Below are positions 46,312-58,409 of a stretch of 64,000 nt of DNA, piece after piece (position 1 is the first letter of the stretch; every line of letters starts with the position of its first letter). The stretch is taken from positions 124,001 through 188,000 of the forward strand of contig MU008162.1 in NCBI GenBank assembly GCA_010909165.1, in the 5' to 3' direction. The translations under genes were made by a program, and so were the position numbers. The notes under the pieces are model-generated. The model saw only the letters and a list, made by a program, of their open reading frames with translations. It had not been told where the DNA came from and did not search any database. Source of the stretch: Anthoceros angustus (lineage: Eukaryota; Plantae; Anthocerotophyta).

Positions 46312-49200
46312 ATGAAGAGCTCCGTTCGCCCCCGATGTCCACATTTCCCAAATGTGGCTGCCAACGGCAAGTGGGGAATTTGGGCAGACTGTATGCATAC
46401 TCCGCTTGCTGCAACGACAGAAGCTGGCAGAGGGAACGCTTACAGCATTGTGTATGGAAACAGACCTACGTCTGCTGTTGACGTGAAAGGGCCTGGAATG
46501 GGCCAGTCGTGGGCATGGCTGATACTGCAACGTGCTGAAAATGGGCAAGGTGAAGAGGCTCTTAGAATGTGCCAGCAAATGCTTAGAGATGGAGTGGAGC
46601 CAGGGTCTAACATTTTTGTTGCTCTCTTGAAGACGTGCAAAAGCTTCCAGGATCTGAGGAGAGCTCAGATGATTCACGCAGAGGTGGTGAAACATGGGCT
46701 GGAGACAGATTTATACGTGGGCACCATGCTTGTGAATGCTTACACAAAGTGTGGCAGCCTGCAGAATGCCAGGCGTGTGTTTGAGGAATTGCCTTGTCAT
46801 GATGTGGTTTGCTGGACAGCCATGATCATGGGGTATGCCCAGCTGGGAAAGGGCCAAGAGGCTTTGCAATTGTTTGCACGGATGCAACAGGAAGGTCTAG
46901 CTCCCAATGACCGAACATATGTTGGTGCATTGAAGGCTTGCTGTAGCATAGCAGAGTCAGAGGATGGAGCACTTGCGAAAACAGAGTGCCTGGCAACCGT
47001 GAGGGACATTCACTTGGCTGTTCAGAAGGGGAAGTTTGAATGCGATATGTTTGTGGGAAACATGCTAGTGGATGCGTATGCGAAATGTGGGAGCTTGGAG
47101 GAGGCGAGAAGAGTATTCGAGGGAATGCCTCGTCGTGATGTGGTTTCCTGGACGGCTATGATTCTGGGGTATGCTCAGGTGCAGAAGGGCGAAGAAGCTT
47201 TGCGGTTATACTCACGGATGCAGCAAGAGGGTGTGGCACGAAATGACCGAACATATATTGGTGCCCTTAAGGCTTGCATTTCTTTCGCAGGTGTGGAGGA
47301 GAGAAAGGGAGATGATAGAGTAATCTTGAGAAGAAAATGGCTGGAAGCTGTAAGAGCCATCCACAACGACATTGGCAAAGTGATGTTTGAGTCAAATGTA
47401 TTTTTGGGGAACATGCTGGTAGATGCATATGCCAAATGTGGGAGCTTGGAGGATGCTAGGCAGGTGTTTGAGAAAATGCCTCATCGGGATGTGGTTTCGT
47501 GGAATTGCATCATCTTAGCGTGCTCCCAGTTGGGAAAGGGTGAAGAGGCTCTGCAGTTGTACACACGGATGCGACAGAATGGTGTGGAACCTAATGACCG
47601 CACGTATATTGCTGCACTTAAGGCTTGCAGTAGCATGGCAGAAGTGGGGAACAAGGAAGGCGGTGAGAAAGTACTAGTTAAAAAACAGTGCTTGGAAACT
47701 GTGGCATCCATCCACGCAGATGTGGGGCAGGGGAAGTCGAAGTTGGACGCATTCTTAGCCACAATGCTGGTGGATGCATATGCAAAATGTGGGAGCTTGG
47801 AGAAAGCGAGTCAGGTATTCGACAAAATGCCTCGTCGAGATGTGGTTTCCTGGACTGCCATGATCTTGGGGTATGCCCAGATGGATAAAGGCCAAGAGGC
47901 TTGGCAATTGTACATACGCATGCGTGAAGAAGGTGTGGTCCCCGACGACAGAGCATATGTTGGTGCACTTAAGGCTTGCAGTAGCATTGCAGAATCGGGG
48001 AATAGTGACAGCAGAGAAGGAAAGTTTGCAAGAAAACAATGCTTGGAAGCTGTAAGAGCAATCCATGACCAGGTCGTTAACAGGACGCGTGAGTTGGATG
48101 GCTATGTCGGGAATATGCTTGTCGATGCATATGTCAATTGTGGGAGCTTGGAGAATGCTAGACTTGTGTTTGAGCAAATGCCCCGTCGTGATGTGGTTTC
48201 ATGGACTGCCATGATCTCGGGGTATGTTTTGATGGAGAAGGGTGAAGAGGCCCTGCAGTTGTACACACGCATGCAACATGAAGGTGTTGCCCCGGACGAC
48301 CGAACCTATGTTGGTGCACTCAATGCTTGTGGTGCTGTGGCAGGTCTGGAGAAGGGGAAAGAAATCCATGCCCAGATTCGGCAAGCTGGCCTTGAGACCG
48401 ACTCCTTCTTGACAAACAGTTTGATTGATATGTATGGTAAATGCGCCAGCATGCCAGATGCAAAGCAGGTGTTTGATGCCACGGCCACCACAGACATCGT
48501 AGCCTGGAATGCGTTGCTCATGGGATATGCCCGTCAGGGTGAGAGTGAAGTGGTGTTCAACCTGTTCAGCAGGATGAATCAGGAGGGTGTACAGCCAGAC
48601 GACATCACATTCCTTGGTGTTCTCACTGCATGCAGTCAGGTGGGTCTTGTGGACAGGGGGCTAAAGTACTTCGAGGCTATGAGCAAAGACTATGGCGTCT
48701 CCCCCACCATTCAACACTACAACTGCATGGTTGATTTATTTGGGCGTGCGGGCCAACTTCACCAAGCGATGGAGATGGTGAACACGATGCCTTTCCAGCC
48801 TGACAACGTATTGTGGAAATGCGTGTTAAGTGCTTGTCAAAAATGGGGAAACGTGGAGCTTGCAAGGAAGGCATTTGCATGTGCAGTGGCGTTGGATGAA
48901 AGTGACGCTGCACCGTATGTTCTCATGTCCAACATCTATGGGGCTGCTCACATGCCCGACGAGGCCCAAAGAATTCAGGCAATGAGAATGAAATCAGAAG
49001 CATGGAAGGAACCAGGACGAAGCTGGTGGGTGGATGGGCAAGGAAAGGCACATGTGTTTGTTGCGGAGGATGAAGGACATCCTGAAGGCGACAGCATATA
49101 TGCCAAGCTTGGTGAAATTTCGTTCCAGCTGAAGACAGAAAGATATGTACCTTGCCGCGAGCCGATGTTGCAACACAAGCCAGGAAACGTGAAGGCATAG
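46312..49200 (+). CDS. PLS-class PPR protein, E/E+ (WW-type), 4 extra-long L motifs
   Basis: 962-aa ORF of PLS triplets, E1-E2 and AWKEPGRSWWVD. It stops shortly after RYVP, before HSEK. Confidence 0.93.
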   Translation: MKSSVRPRCPHFPNVAANGKWGIWADCMHTPLAATTEAGRGNAYSIVYGNRPTSAVDVKGPGMGQSWAWLILQRAENGQGEEALRMCQQMLRDGVEPGSNIFVALLKTCKSFQDLRRAQMIHAEVVKHGLETDLYVGTMLVNAYTKCGSLQNARRVFEELPCHDVVCWTAMIMGYAQLGKGQEALQLFARMQQEGLAPNDRTYVGALKACCSIAESEDGALAKTECLATVRDIHLAVQKGKFECDMFVGNMLVDAYAKCGSLEEARRVFEGMPRRDVVSWTAMILGYAQVQKGEEALRLYSRMQQEGVARNDRTYIGALKACISFAGVEERKGDDRVILRRKWLEAVRAIHNDIGKVMFESNVFLGNMLVDAYAKCGSLEDARQVFEKMPHRDVVSWNCIILACSQLGKGEEALQLYTRMRQNGVEPNDRTYIAALKACSSMAEVGNKEGGEKVLVKKQCLETVASIHADVGQGKSKLDAFLATMLVDAYAKCGSLEKASQVFDKMPRRDVVSWTAMILGYAQMDKGQEAWQLYIRMREEGVVPDDRAYVGALKACSSIAESGNSDSREGKFARKQCLEAVRAIHDQVVNRTRELDGYVGNMLVDAYVNCGSLENARLVFEQMPRRDVVSWTAMISGYVLMEKGEEALQLYTRMQHEGVAPDDRTYVGALNACGAVAGLEKGKEIHAQIRQAGLETDSFLTNSLIDMYGKCASMPDAKQVFDATATTDIVAWNALLMGYARQGESEVVFNLFSRMNQEGVQPDDITFLGVLTACSQVGLVDRGLKYFEAMSKDYGVSPTIQHYNCMVDLFGRAGQLHQAMEMVNTMPFQPDNVLWKCVLSACQKWGNVELARKAFACAVALDESDAAPYVLMSNIYGAAHMPDEAQRIQAMRMKSEAWKEPGRSWWVDGQGKAHVFVAEDEGHPEGDSIYAKLGEISFQLKTERYVPCREPMLQHKPGNVKA

Positions 49201-49244
49201 GGTAGGATAGGTATGGTCGAAATATATCCTGGTGAGAAGGCAAA

Positions 49245-51833
49245 TTATACTGCATGACAATTCTCATGGTTGAAGAGGAGTCTGTTTCCGTTCATACGGG
49301 GCCTGCTGAACTTGCAAACATTTTTTCGGATGTTCCGATCTCGAGTCACGAACACATGTACCTTCCCTGCCATGTCCATCCAACAGCTGCGTCCAGGCTC
49401 CTTCCAAGCTCCTGAGGCCACACGCTTTGCCTGGATATCGTTTGCATCCTGTGGCATGCGTCGAGCAGCATAGATGTTTGCCATCAAGACATATACTGCA
49501 GGGTCACTCGTATCCAATTCCATGGCACATTCAAATGCCTGTCTCGCAACCACAACATTCCCCCACTTCTGACAAGCACCCAGAACACATTTCCACACTG
49601 CAAGGTCAGGTTGGAGAGGCATCATGTTGGCTATCTCCAGTGCCTTCTCGACCTGGCCTGCCCGGCCAAGTAGATCGACCATGCAGTTATGGTGCTCGAC
49701 TGTTGGGGGGATGCCGAAGTCTCGGCTCATAGCGTCGAAGTACTTTTGGCCTGTTTCCACCAGACACGCATGGCTGCATGCCTTCAGCATACCAAGAAAT
49801 GTGATCTTGTCTGGCTGCACGCCCTCCTGCTTCATCCTTTCAAACAAGTCAAATACAACATCACTCTGTCCTTGATGGGCATATCCCCCAATCAAGGCAT
49901 TCCATGCCACAACATCCCTCGTGGACCCAGCCTCGAACACCTGCCTTGCATCCACCATGCTCGAACATTTAGCATACATATCGATCAGACTGCTTGTGAT
50001 GAAGGGGCCAGCCTCCATATCAGATTTCACGATCTGGGCATGAATTTTCCGTCCAACCTCCAGTCCTGCTACACTACCACAAGCGTTGAGAGCCGCAACG
50101 TAAGTCCTCTCGTTCGGCACCACTCCTCCCTGTTGCATCCGACCGAATAATTGCAAAGCCTCGTCACCCTCCTCCATTTGCGAGTAGCCCATGATCATGG
50201 AATTCCATGATACCACATCACGATCATGCATGTTCTCGAACACTTGTCTAGCATCCACCAAGCTTCCACATTTGGAGTAAGTATCCACGAGCATGTTTCC
50301 TAAGAACACGTCCGACCGAGCATGTCTCTTCCCAGCATCAGTGTAGATACCTCTAACAACTGCTAGGCACTCTCTCTTTGCCCGAGTTCTGTCACCACCA
50401 CTGTGAAGCCGCTCACATGACTCGGCAATGGCTCGGCAAGCCTGAAGTGCAGCAATATAAGTTCTCGGGTCGGGGACAATACCTTCCCGTCGCATCCTTG
50501 AATAGAGTTGCAAAGCCTCTTCACCCTTACCCATCTGAGTGCACCCCAGGATCATGGCAGTCCAGGAAGCTGCATCACGACGAGGCAGTTCCTCAAACAC
50601 CCGCCTGGCATTTTCCAGGCTCCCACACTTTGCATATGCATCAACCAGCATGGTCCCCACAAATACATCCAGCTCAGACTTCCCCCTCTCTACATCTGCA
50701 TGGATCCTGGTCACAACTTCCAGGCTCGTTCGTTTCAGCATTCTTTCGCCTTCACCTTCCCTGTCCTCCGCTTCTGCAAGGATACTACAAGCCTTCAGAG
50801 CACCAACATACGTCTGGTAATTCGGCACCACACCTTCCTGTCTCATCCGTGCGAATAACTGCAAGGCCTCTTCACCCTGCTCCATCCGGGCGTACCCGAA
50901 GATCATGGCAGTCCAGGAAACCACAGTACGCACAGACATGCTCTCGAACACCAGCCTTGCATCCTCCACACTGCCACATTTTGAGTAGGCGTCCACTAGC
51001 ATGTTCGCCACGAACACATTCGACTCAAGCTTCCTCGTCCCGATATCTCTGTGTATGATCCTCACTCTCTCCAGGCTTGTTCTTCGCACAAGTAGTCCAT
51101 CACCACCATCCCTCTCCCCCATTTCTGCAATGCTACTGCAAGCATTCAGTGCAGCAACATACGTTCGGGCATTTGGGATCACACCGTCCGTTTTCATCCG
51201 TTCGTACAGATGCAGAGCTTCTTCCCCGTTCCCCAACTGTGCGTAGCCCAGGATCATGGCAGTCCAGGAAGCCACATCACGATGAGGCATTCCCTCCAAC
51301 ACCATCCTAGCATTCTCCAGGCTCCCACATTTGGTGTAAGCAGTTACAAGCATGGTGCCCACGTACGAATCTGTCTCAAACCCATGTCTGATCACCTCTC
51401 CTTGAATTCGCTTAACCCTCTCCAGATCCTGCAAATGACAGCATGCCTTCAACAGAGGGACAAAGGTGTGTGGCTTTGGTTCCACTCCGTCGTCTCGCAT
51501 TTCCTCATACAGTATGAGAGCCTGTCTGTGCTGCCCGGACTTGACATACTGGGACATCAGCTGTGTCCAGGCATACTCCCCTCGTTCAGGCCACTTCAGA
51601 CCAACGACATTACCAGGTGCCCATGCACTATCAAAGCTGCCGCCGTGTGTTCCTCCAACTCTCGTGGATAAGGAAACCCTTTTCAGAACCTGTGTCACCC
51701 CTGGAATACATCTCCCGTGTGCCCACGGGTTCCGATCTCGAAGCTTGAGATGGAACTCGGCATAGGACCATCCAAACAGAGAGTCCACCAAGGCTTCACC
51801 AACATTGACCATAAGTTCATCACGAGCGCACAT
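49245..51833 (-). CDS. PLS-class PPR protein, E (WW-type variant), 3 extra-long L motifs
   Basis: 862-aa ORF ending AWKEPGRSCWMDMAGKVHVFV followed by an unrelated tail. Confidence 0.93.
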   Translation of the reverse strand: MCARDELMVNVGEALVDSLFGWSYAEFHLKLRDRNPWAHGRCIPGVTQVLKRVSLSTRVGGTHGGSFDSAWAPGNVVGLKWPERGEYAWTQLMSQYVKSGQHRQALILYEEMRDDGVEPKPHTFVPLLKACCHLQDLERVKRIQGEVIRHGFETDSYVGTMLVTAYTKCGSLENARMVLEGMPHRDVASWTAMILGYAQLGNGEEALHLYERMKTDGVIPNARTYVAALNACSSIAEMGERDGGDGLLVRRTSLERVRIIHRDIGTRKLESNVFVANMLVDAYSKCGSVEDARLVFESMSVRTVVSWTAMIFGYARMEQGEEALQLFARMRQEGVVPNYQTYVGALKACSILAEAEDREGEGERMLKRTSLEVVTRIHADVERGKSELDVFVGTMLVDAYAKCGSLENARRVFEELPRRDAASWTAMILGCTQMGKGEEALQLYSRMRREGIVPDPRTYIAALQACRAIAESCERLHSGGDRTRAKRECLAVVRGIYTDAGKRHARSDVFLGNMLVDTYSKCGSLVDARQVFENMHDRDVVSWNSMIMGYSQMEEGDEALQLFGRMQQGGVVPNERTYVAALNACGSVAGLEVGRKIHAQIVKSDMEAGPFITSSLIDMYAKCSSMVDARQVFEAGSTRDVVAWNALIGGYAHQGQSDVVFDLFERMKQEGVQPDKITFLGMLKACSHACLVETGQKYFDAMSRDFGIPPTVEHHNCMVDLLGRAGQVEKALEIANMMPLQPDLAVWKCVLGACQKWGNVVVARQAFECAMELDTSDPAVYVLMANIYAARRMPQDANDIQAKRVASGAWKEPGRSCWMDMAGKVHVFVTRDRNIRKNVCKFSRPRMNGNRLLFNHENCHAV

Positions 51834-52974
51834 CTACACCATCACTCTAAATTGCATGGGAGTGGTCTCAAGCGGATGAACCGCACTAGGACTCCACGTC
51901 GTCTCTTGCGGGATGCGGTCCTGCTCAAGGTGCCACCTACAACAGAGCTCAAGGGGCCTTTGTATTCTCTTCACTGTTGCAGACCAAGGACATGGCACAA
52001 TGCTACAGAGAAATCTCATGGCGGAGCAGCGAGATTCTGCACTTTTGGGGTACCTGACCACATTCATGCACTTGGTGTCTGATTCGCAGACGTACCGCTG
52101 CGGGTTGTCGAAAGATCTCACAACGGAAGCTGGAGGAGTGATGTACTCCATGTCAGAAGGACATGTCTTTATTACATGGAAGAAGCGTTGAAGTATCCAT
52201 TCTGAAGGCCTGTCGAGCGGAAGGAGTGGAAGCGGACATAGGCTCCGGTAGCCCAGTATGCGTGAACAAGTCTGTTGGGCAGCAAAACCCAGCATTCGTA
52301 CATGATTTTTGCTGCCCAAAAATCATTTACGAACGCCGGCTCCTACACATCGCAGCCTTAGCCTAATAGGAGAGACGTGTGTTCTGTCCAGGCTCCAAAT
52401 GTAGGTCGGAAAGTGGATGTCACTTGCTACTGGTCCTCGATGGTCAAAAGCTTGATACCTGAAATTTTCAGAATGGGGGGGGGGGATTTCAGATGCATTA
52501 GCTCCTGCTCCCGCCCACAGAAGCAAACGTTCAAACAAGTGCCAGGACCACCAAGTTGAGTCAGAACTCACCACTCCTTCTGCTGCTCCAAAATTGTACA
52601 CCGACTTTGCTGATCTCGACCACAGTAGCAATGGGTAAAAATGCGGCAAAAACCTGTGGACCTGCCAAAGTGGGTGAGGATCGTGAGGCCGGTGATAGAG
52701 CCTGCAAAATTGCTGAGCATTCAAGAATCCTTTCCTCAACAGTTGCTATCATTCTCCTCACCTTCCAGGACAGCGGAAAGTAATGTGTGTGGTGCAAACA
52801 ATTCGAGATTCGTAGCTACTTGCAGCTCCTCCACCAACAATGCGAGGCTGCAAGCTACATGCCACGATCCTACTCGTTGAACTCAGAATGATAATAGCTC
52901 CACCACGTTCGCCAGGCGTCGTTGTAAGCATGGAAGCCCTGAAATTAGTGCTCGCCTCCTTGCAGCTAGCCATG

Positions 52975-55900
52975 TTAAACCCCCACACTTCTTTCACCCG
53001 CTGACACAGGTTCCTCCTTTGCATCATCTGGCATGTGAGGTATATAATCTCCTTCCTTGACTTTAGCCCAAAGATTTCCAACCATTGCATAAATATCTCG
53101 GCTTTCAGGATGTCCTTGATCCCCCACCATGAAAACATGTAACTTCCCCTTATTATCCATCCACCAGCTCAGACCTGGTTCCTTCTTTGCCTGTGAGTCG
53201 CTTCGCATTGTGTCAATCTGCTTTGCCTCCTCTGGCATGTGAGCAGCTGCATAAATTGTCGCCATCAAAACATAAGGTGCAGCATCACTTCTGTCCAGCA
53301 TCACAGCCAAATTAAATGCATGCCTTCCAATCTCAACATTTCCCCATTTTCGACATGCACCCAAAATGCATTTCCATATAGCGCTGTCAGGATGGAAAGG
53401 CATCGTCTGGACTACCTGCATCGCCTTGTTGATCTGGCCTGCACGGGCAAGGAGATCGATCATGCAGCTATAGTGTTGTATTGTTGGAGTGATGTCATAA
53501 TCTCGAGACATAGCTTCAAAGTTCTCCTGGGCCCTTTCCACAAGACCCAAATGACTGCACACAATGAGAACAGCAACAAATGTAATCCCGTCGGGCTGTA
53601 CACCATCCTGCCGCATCCTCTCAAGCAAGTTGAAGACAACTTCACTGTCTCCTTGATGGGCATAGCCCGCAATCAATGCATTCCAAGCTACAATCTCCCT
53701 AGTGGGCATTGCATCAAACACCCGCTGTGCATCCAGCATGCTCGAACATTTGCCATACATATCAATCAGACTAGTTGATATGAAGGGGCCCGACTCCAGG
53801 TGGGCCTCCATAATGTGGGCGTGGATTTCCTTCCCCATGTTCAGCCCTGCCACACTACCACAGGCACTTAGCACACCAACATAGGTTCGTTCGTTGGGTA
53901 CCACCCCTTCCTGTTGCATCCGTGCATACAGTTGTAAAGCCTCTTCACCCTTCTCCATCTGAGAGTATCCCAGGATCATGGAAGTCCATGAGATTACATC
54001 ACGATGAGCCATTTCCTCAAACACCTTCCGAGCATCGCCCAGGCTCCCACATTTTGCAAATGCATCCACTAGCATGTTCGCCACAAACACATTAGACTGA
54101 ATTAGGTCCTTTTCAACATCTCGCTGGATGGCTCTCACAGTTTCCACACACTGTTTCCTTTGATCAGATCCATTTCTGTCTCCCCCTTCCACAATGGTAA
54201 TGCAGGCCTTAAGTGCACCAACATACGTTCGGTCATTTGGTACCACCCCTTCCTGTTTCATCCGTTTGTATAATTCCAAAGCCTCTTCACCCTTTGCCAT
54301 CTGGGTGTATCCCAAGATCATGGAATTCCACACGACCGTATCACGACTAGGCAAGTTCTCAAACACCTGCCTAGCACTCTCTACGCTCCCACATTTTGCA
54401 TACGCATCAACGAGCATTGCCCCTACAAATGCATCCAACTCAAACTTCCCCCTTAGAAGATCTGAGTGGATGGTTGTCACCATTTCCAAGCATGTTCCTT
54501 TCCCAGATACTCCTTCAGTGCCATTTCTCTCCGTCTCTGCAATACCACTGCAAGCCTTCAGTACTGATACATACGTTCTGTCATTTGGGACCAGACCTTT
54601 CTCTTGCATGTGTGCGTACAGTGTCAAAGCCTCTGAGCCCTGTTCCATCTGCACACACCCGGAGATCATGGCTGTCCAGGAAACAACATTGTGAACAGGC
54701 ATTTCGTCAAAGACCTGCCTAGCATTTTCCAGGCTCCCACACTTTGCATATGCATCAACTAGCATTGTTCCTACGAATACATCCAGCTCAAACTTCCGTT
54801 TCCTAACATCTGCATGGATTGCTTTCACTGTTTTCAGGCACTCTTGCATCCCAACTCCACAGCTCCTACCCCTAAATTCTGCAATGGCACAGCAAGCCTT
54901 CAGTGCTCCAACGTATGTTCGGTTATCCGGGATCACACCTTCGACTTGAATCCGCATATATAATTGCAAAGCCTCGTCTCCCATGCCCATCTGGGCGTAC
55001 CCCAAGATCATAGAATTCCACGTGACCACTGTCCGGACAGGCATCTCGTCAAACACACGTCTTGCATTTTCGAGGCTCCCACATTTTCCATACGCATCCA
55101 GTAACATGTTTGCCACAAACACGTTCAGAACGAAGTTCTTCTTCCCAGCATCTGCGTGAATCGCTCTCACAATTTCAAGGCACTGCTGTCTAACAAGCAT
55201 TATATCAGTACCATTGCTTCCCCCGGTCTCTGCCATGGCACTGCAAGCCTTAAGTACAGCAACATATGTCCGATCATTAGGTTGCACACCGTCCTGTCGC
55301 ATCCGTTGATATAACTGCAAAGCCTCTTCACCTTTCTCCCTTTGGGCGTGCCCCAAGATGATGGCAGTCCAAGAGACCACATCGTGAGTAGACATACTCT
55401 CAAACACCCATTTAGCATCACCCAAGCTCCCGCATTTTGCATACGCATCCACCAGCATGCTCCCCACAAACACGCTGGACTCAAATTTAACCTTCCTGGC
55501 ATCTGCATGGATGGCTCGCACACTATCCAGACATTGCTTGCCACCAGCTGTTCCCAGATAGGCATTTCTCTGCTCCGATTCTGCAATACAGCTGCAAGCT
55601 TTAAGAGCACCAACAAACGTTCGGTCATTTGGAACGACACCTTCCAGTCGCATCCGATTGTACAACTGCAAAGCCTCCTCGCCCTTCTGCATCCTCCCAT
55701 AGCCCAAGATCATGGCATTCCAACAAACCACATCACGATGGGGCATTTCCTCAAACACCCGCTTAGCATTTTTCACGCTTCCACAGTTTGCATATGCGTC
55801 CACAAGCATGGTTCCTACGTATAAGTCTGTCTCGAAACCTGACCTGACAACTTCTGCATGAATCTGCCTTGCACTTTCCAGGTCCTGCAAGCTACTGCAA

Positions 55901-56169
55901 GCCTTCAACAAAGCAATAAAAGTCTGTTGCCCTGGTTCCACTTTACTCTTGCGCATTTCCTCATACAATTTGAGAGCCTGTCTACCTTGCCCGTACTTGC
56001 TACATTGCCATATTTGCGCTGCCCAGGAATGAGGCCTTTGCAGGTCAAGAACATCATCAGGTCCGCGTTCACCTTCCAAGTTGGTCCGTCCAAGCCTTCG
56101 CATCCTCCGCTGTCGTTGGCCATGTGGACTCCCCTTCCGCTTGGCTGGTGTTGGAGGTGAAGCCTGCAA
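52975..56169 (-). CDS. PLS-class PPR protein, E+ (WW-type), 5 extra-long L motifs
   Basis: 1064-aa ORF. The first ATG is at 56103, but an acceptor-like ttgcag at the ORF start suggests an upstream exon. It ends KKEPGLSWWMD...DYIPHMPDDAKEE then stops before HSEK. Confidence 0.93.
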   Translation of the reverse strand: MQASPPTPAKRKGSPHGQRQRRMRRLGRTNLEGERGPDDVLDLQRPHSWAAQIWQCSKYGQGRQALKLYEEMRKSKVEPGQQTFIALLKACSSLQDLESARQIHAEVVRSGFETDLYVGTMLVDAYANCGSVKNAKRVFEEMPHRDVVCWNAMILGYGRMQKGEEALQLYNRMRLEGVVPNDRTFVGALKACSCIAESEQRNAYLGTAGGKQCLDSVRAIHADARKVKFESSVFVGSMLVDAYAKCGSLGDAKWVFESMSTHDVVSWTAIILGHAQREKGEEALQLYQRMRQDGVQPNDRTYVAVLKACSAMAETGGSNGTDIMLVRQQCLEIVRAIHADAGKKNFVLNVFVANMLLDAYGKCGSLENARRVFDEMPVRTVVTWNSMILGYAQMGMGDEALQLYMRIQVEGVIPDNRTYVGALKACCAIAEFRGRSCGVGMQECLKTVKAIHADVRKRKFELDVFVGTMLVDAYAKCGSLENARQVFDEMPVHNVVSWTAMISGCVQMEQGSEALTLYAHMQEKGLVPNDRTYVSVLKACSGIAETERNGTEGVSGKGTCLEMVTTIHSDLLRGKFELDAFVGAMLVDAYAKCGSVESARQVFENLPSRDTVVWNSMILGYTQMAKGEEALELYKRMKQEGVVPNDRTYVGALKACITIVEGGDRNGSDQRKQCVETVRAIQRDVEKDLIQSNVFVANMLVDAFAKCGSLGDARKVFEEMAHRDVISWTSMILGYSQMEKGEEALQLYARMQQEGVVPNERTYVGVLSACGSVAGLNMGKEIHAHIMEAHLESGPFISTSLIDMYGKCSSMLDAQRVFDAMPTREIVAWNALIAGYAHQGDSEVVFNLLERMRQDGVQPDGITFVAVLIVCSHLGLVERAQENFEAMSRDYDITPTIQHYSCMIDLLARAGQINKAMQVVQTMPFHPDSAIWKCILGACRKWGNVEIGRHAFNLAVMLDRSDAAPYVLMATIYAAAHMPEEAKQIDTMRSDSQAKKEPGLSWWMDNKGKLHVFMVGDQGHPESRDIYAMVGNLWAKVKEGDYIPHMPDDAKEEPVSAGERSVGV

Positions 56170-56735
56170 TCACAGATCCTGCACCAGATCAGTTGCTTCC
56201 CAAACCAGAAAACCTTTCGCTTGCCTTCCAGTCTGCCGCTGGCTCGGTGGCTGGTGGACCAGCAGCATCATCGCACCTGGAATTGACGCCCGGATGTCTG
56301 ATGGGCGATGAACATGTTGATGAGCCTCTTGGCAGCATTGCGGGAAGGGAGATGACTATTGCAAGAGATTGCAGCGTCCGCAAGCGCTGTACTTCAATTG
56401 GTAACATAATCGTTGCATGCACATTTGGCAACGTCGAAACAGGGACGGCTTGCTGTGAGAAGACCGCCTCTAGGATGACTATGGAGATGTCGACCAACTT
56501 CATTTGCAATAGACCTGTGGGCCATCTTGTAATGCAAATCTCGACATCTACGACAGCTGAGCCTCTCGCACTTGTGGAGTCCGGAGTCTAAATTCCTGGA
56601 GATACAAGGATCCCCAGGTGCTCCAGGCGCGAAGAAACGATATTCAGTCGAGTTTCAAAGACTGTACATGTGTTAACATGTGAGGGAGAGATAGAACCCT
56701 GGACCACGGAAACTAACAATAGTGTTCTTTTTCTG

Positions 56736-57900
56736 ACAATAACAACAACAATAACTTTATTTATGTCGACTAAGGATGGAAAGACAGAGATAAAGTGGTA
56801 TAAAAAGAGATAAAATATTTCGTATACATATATATAGATGAGTGTAAGATGTGAAAAGAGAAGAAAAGCTATAAGAGGCAAAAGAGCTATAAAGAGTCCA
56901 ACTAGGTCTGCCAAAAATTAAGAAGCCTAGAGAGACATAGGCCAATGAGTTTCGAATATGAAACGAGAAGAATCTGCGTAAGAAAAAACAGCACACTAAA
57001 AAAGAAGAGTCTAACGAGCCCGACAAAGCAATAGAAGAGGAAGTGCGATTCAGATTCAGGGATAAGGGAGCGGAGCTTGCAAATATGGGCAGCTTGAAGA
57101 GGTGTGGACTTAAGTCAACGGTCGATCTCGATTTGGGGGCAGCTTGAGGAGGTGTGGACTTAAGCCAATGATCGGTCTCGATTCGGAGGTGGGAGCTAAC
57201 ACGGAATTGACCGATGGAAAGTGCGGAACTTGAAGGAGAGAGGGCAACTAAGGTAACGTGGTAGAACAAGAACCCAAATGGGGGTTAACACGCTCCTTGT
57301 AAAAATGGAGTTTAGACGTTAGGGGGGCAAATGAGAAGGAGAAATAAGTAAGACGAAGATATCTTAATTTAAGGTCCCGCCACATGGTTGGGAGGGAGAT
57401 GAGAAAGAGAGAGAGGGAATAGGGAGTTGGCCAAACCAGAAGCGTAAGGGGTGTAAAGTCAAGCCGTTTGAGTCAAGTAGCTGCTTGGGAGAGGCAAAAA
57501 AAAAGAAGCTTGGAAATCAATATTGGGCCAAAGGAAGCGGGATGATATGTAGGCAAGGAGATGGTAGGGGGCAAGGGTTAACAATATCAAGGAGGAGGAG
57601 GAGGTGAAGAGGACGATAGAGGCGAAAGAGGCCATCAGTTCAAGGAAAATGTATCAGAAATGAAGATAGATAAAGGGTGAAATGCTTACAAACGATGTGA
57701 GCAAAGCGATGTGAGCAATAAGAAAGGAGGCTTGTATTTTTTTCGAGGAAGAAAAAAAACCGCCCCAAACCTCGGCACCATATAGTGGAGAGTATGACCA
57801 GTGTTTAAAAAACTGCTGTTAACGTCTGAATATTCATCATGTATAAAGCCCGGCCCAGAGCACCAGCAGATCTCTTGGTGCGCGGGAAGAGGCACAAAAA
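56736..57900 (-). mobile_element. Decayed 3' end of a LINE (RTE/L2-like ORF2 C-terminus with microsatellite tail)
   Basis: The minus strand reads SKLHFYKERVNP, IGQFRVSSHLRIETDHW and HICKL...ESESHFLFYC (zinc-knuckle-like) across frameshifts. It ends aataaag followed by ttattgttgttgttattgt. There is an internal ~50-bp duplication (57087-57184). The 5' boundary is approximate. Confidence 0.72.
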
Positions 57901-58409
57901 GTCCAAATTGAACTTCGAGCTAACCCTTGAGCTAGTTCAACGTGGAGATTGAGATGCCAGCTTTCAAATAGGAAATCTCCAATTGACCCTACATTCGTGC
58001 GCTCTTCACAGTTCCGACGTAACCTGAGGATCGGAGATACTTCGCAGCTCAGAGATTGAACCTCTTCTGGCCATCCGGCATGTTGTTTCCAACGATGGGA
58101 CGCAGTATCTAAAGCAACACAGTGGCCACACTTTCGTCATTACCTTGCTGATAAGACCACTTCCATCGCACGCCTATGCTTGCATCTGACCTAGCAACTA
58201 CCATCAAGATGAACAGCAATCAAGGAGCAAGACGGGGACTCACTTACCGGTTTCGATAGCATGACTGTCATCGGCATCCTCCACAGGTACAGAAGAATTC
58301 TAGCTCTCTGGGTGGCGGTGTGTCATAGATGCCTGTTTTGCATTCCTGCTCTAACCCTGTGTCCGACAGATTCATCATAAACCTCAATGATCAACTCTTT
58401 TCAGCGGGG

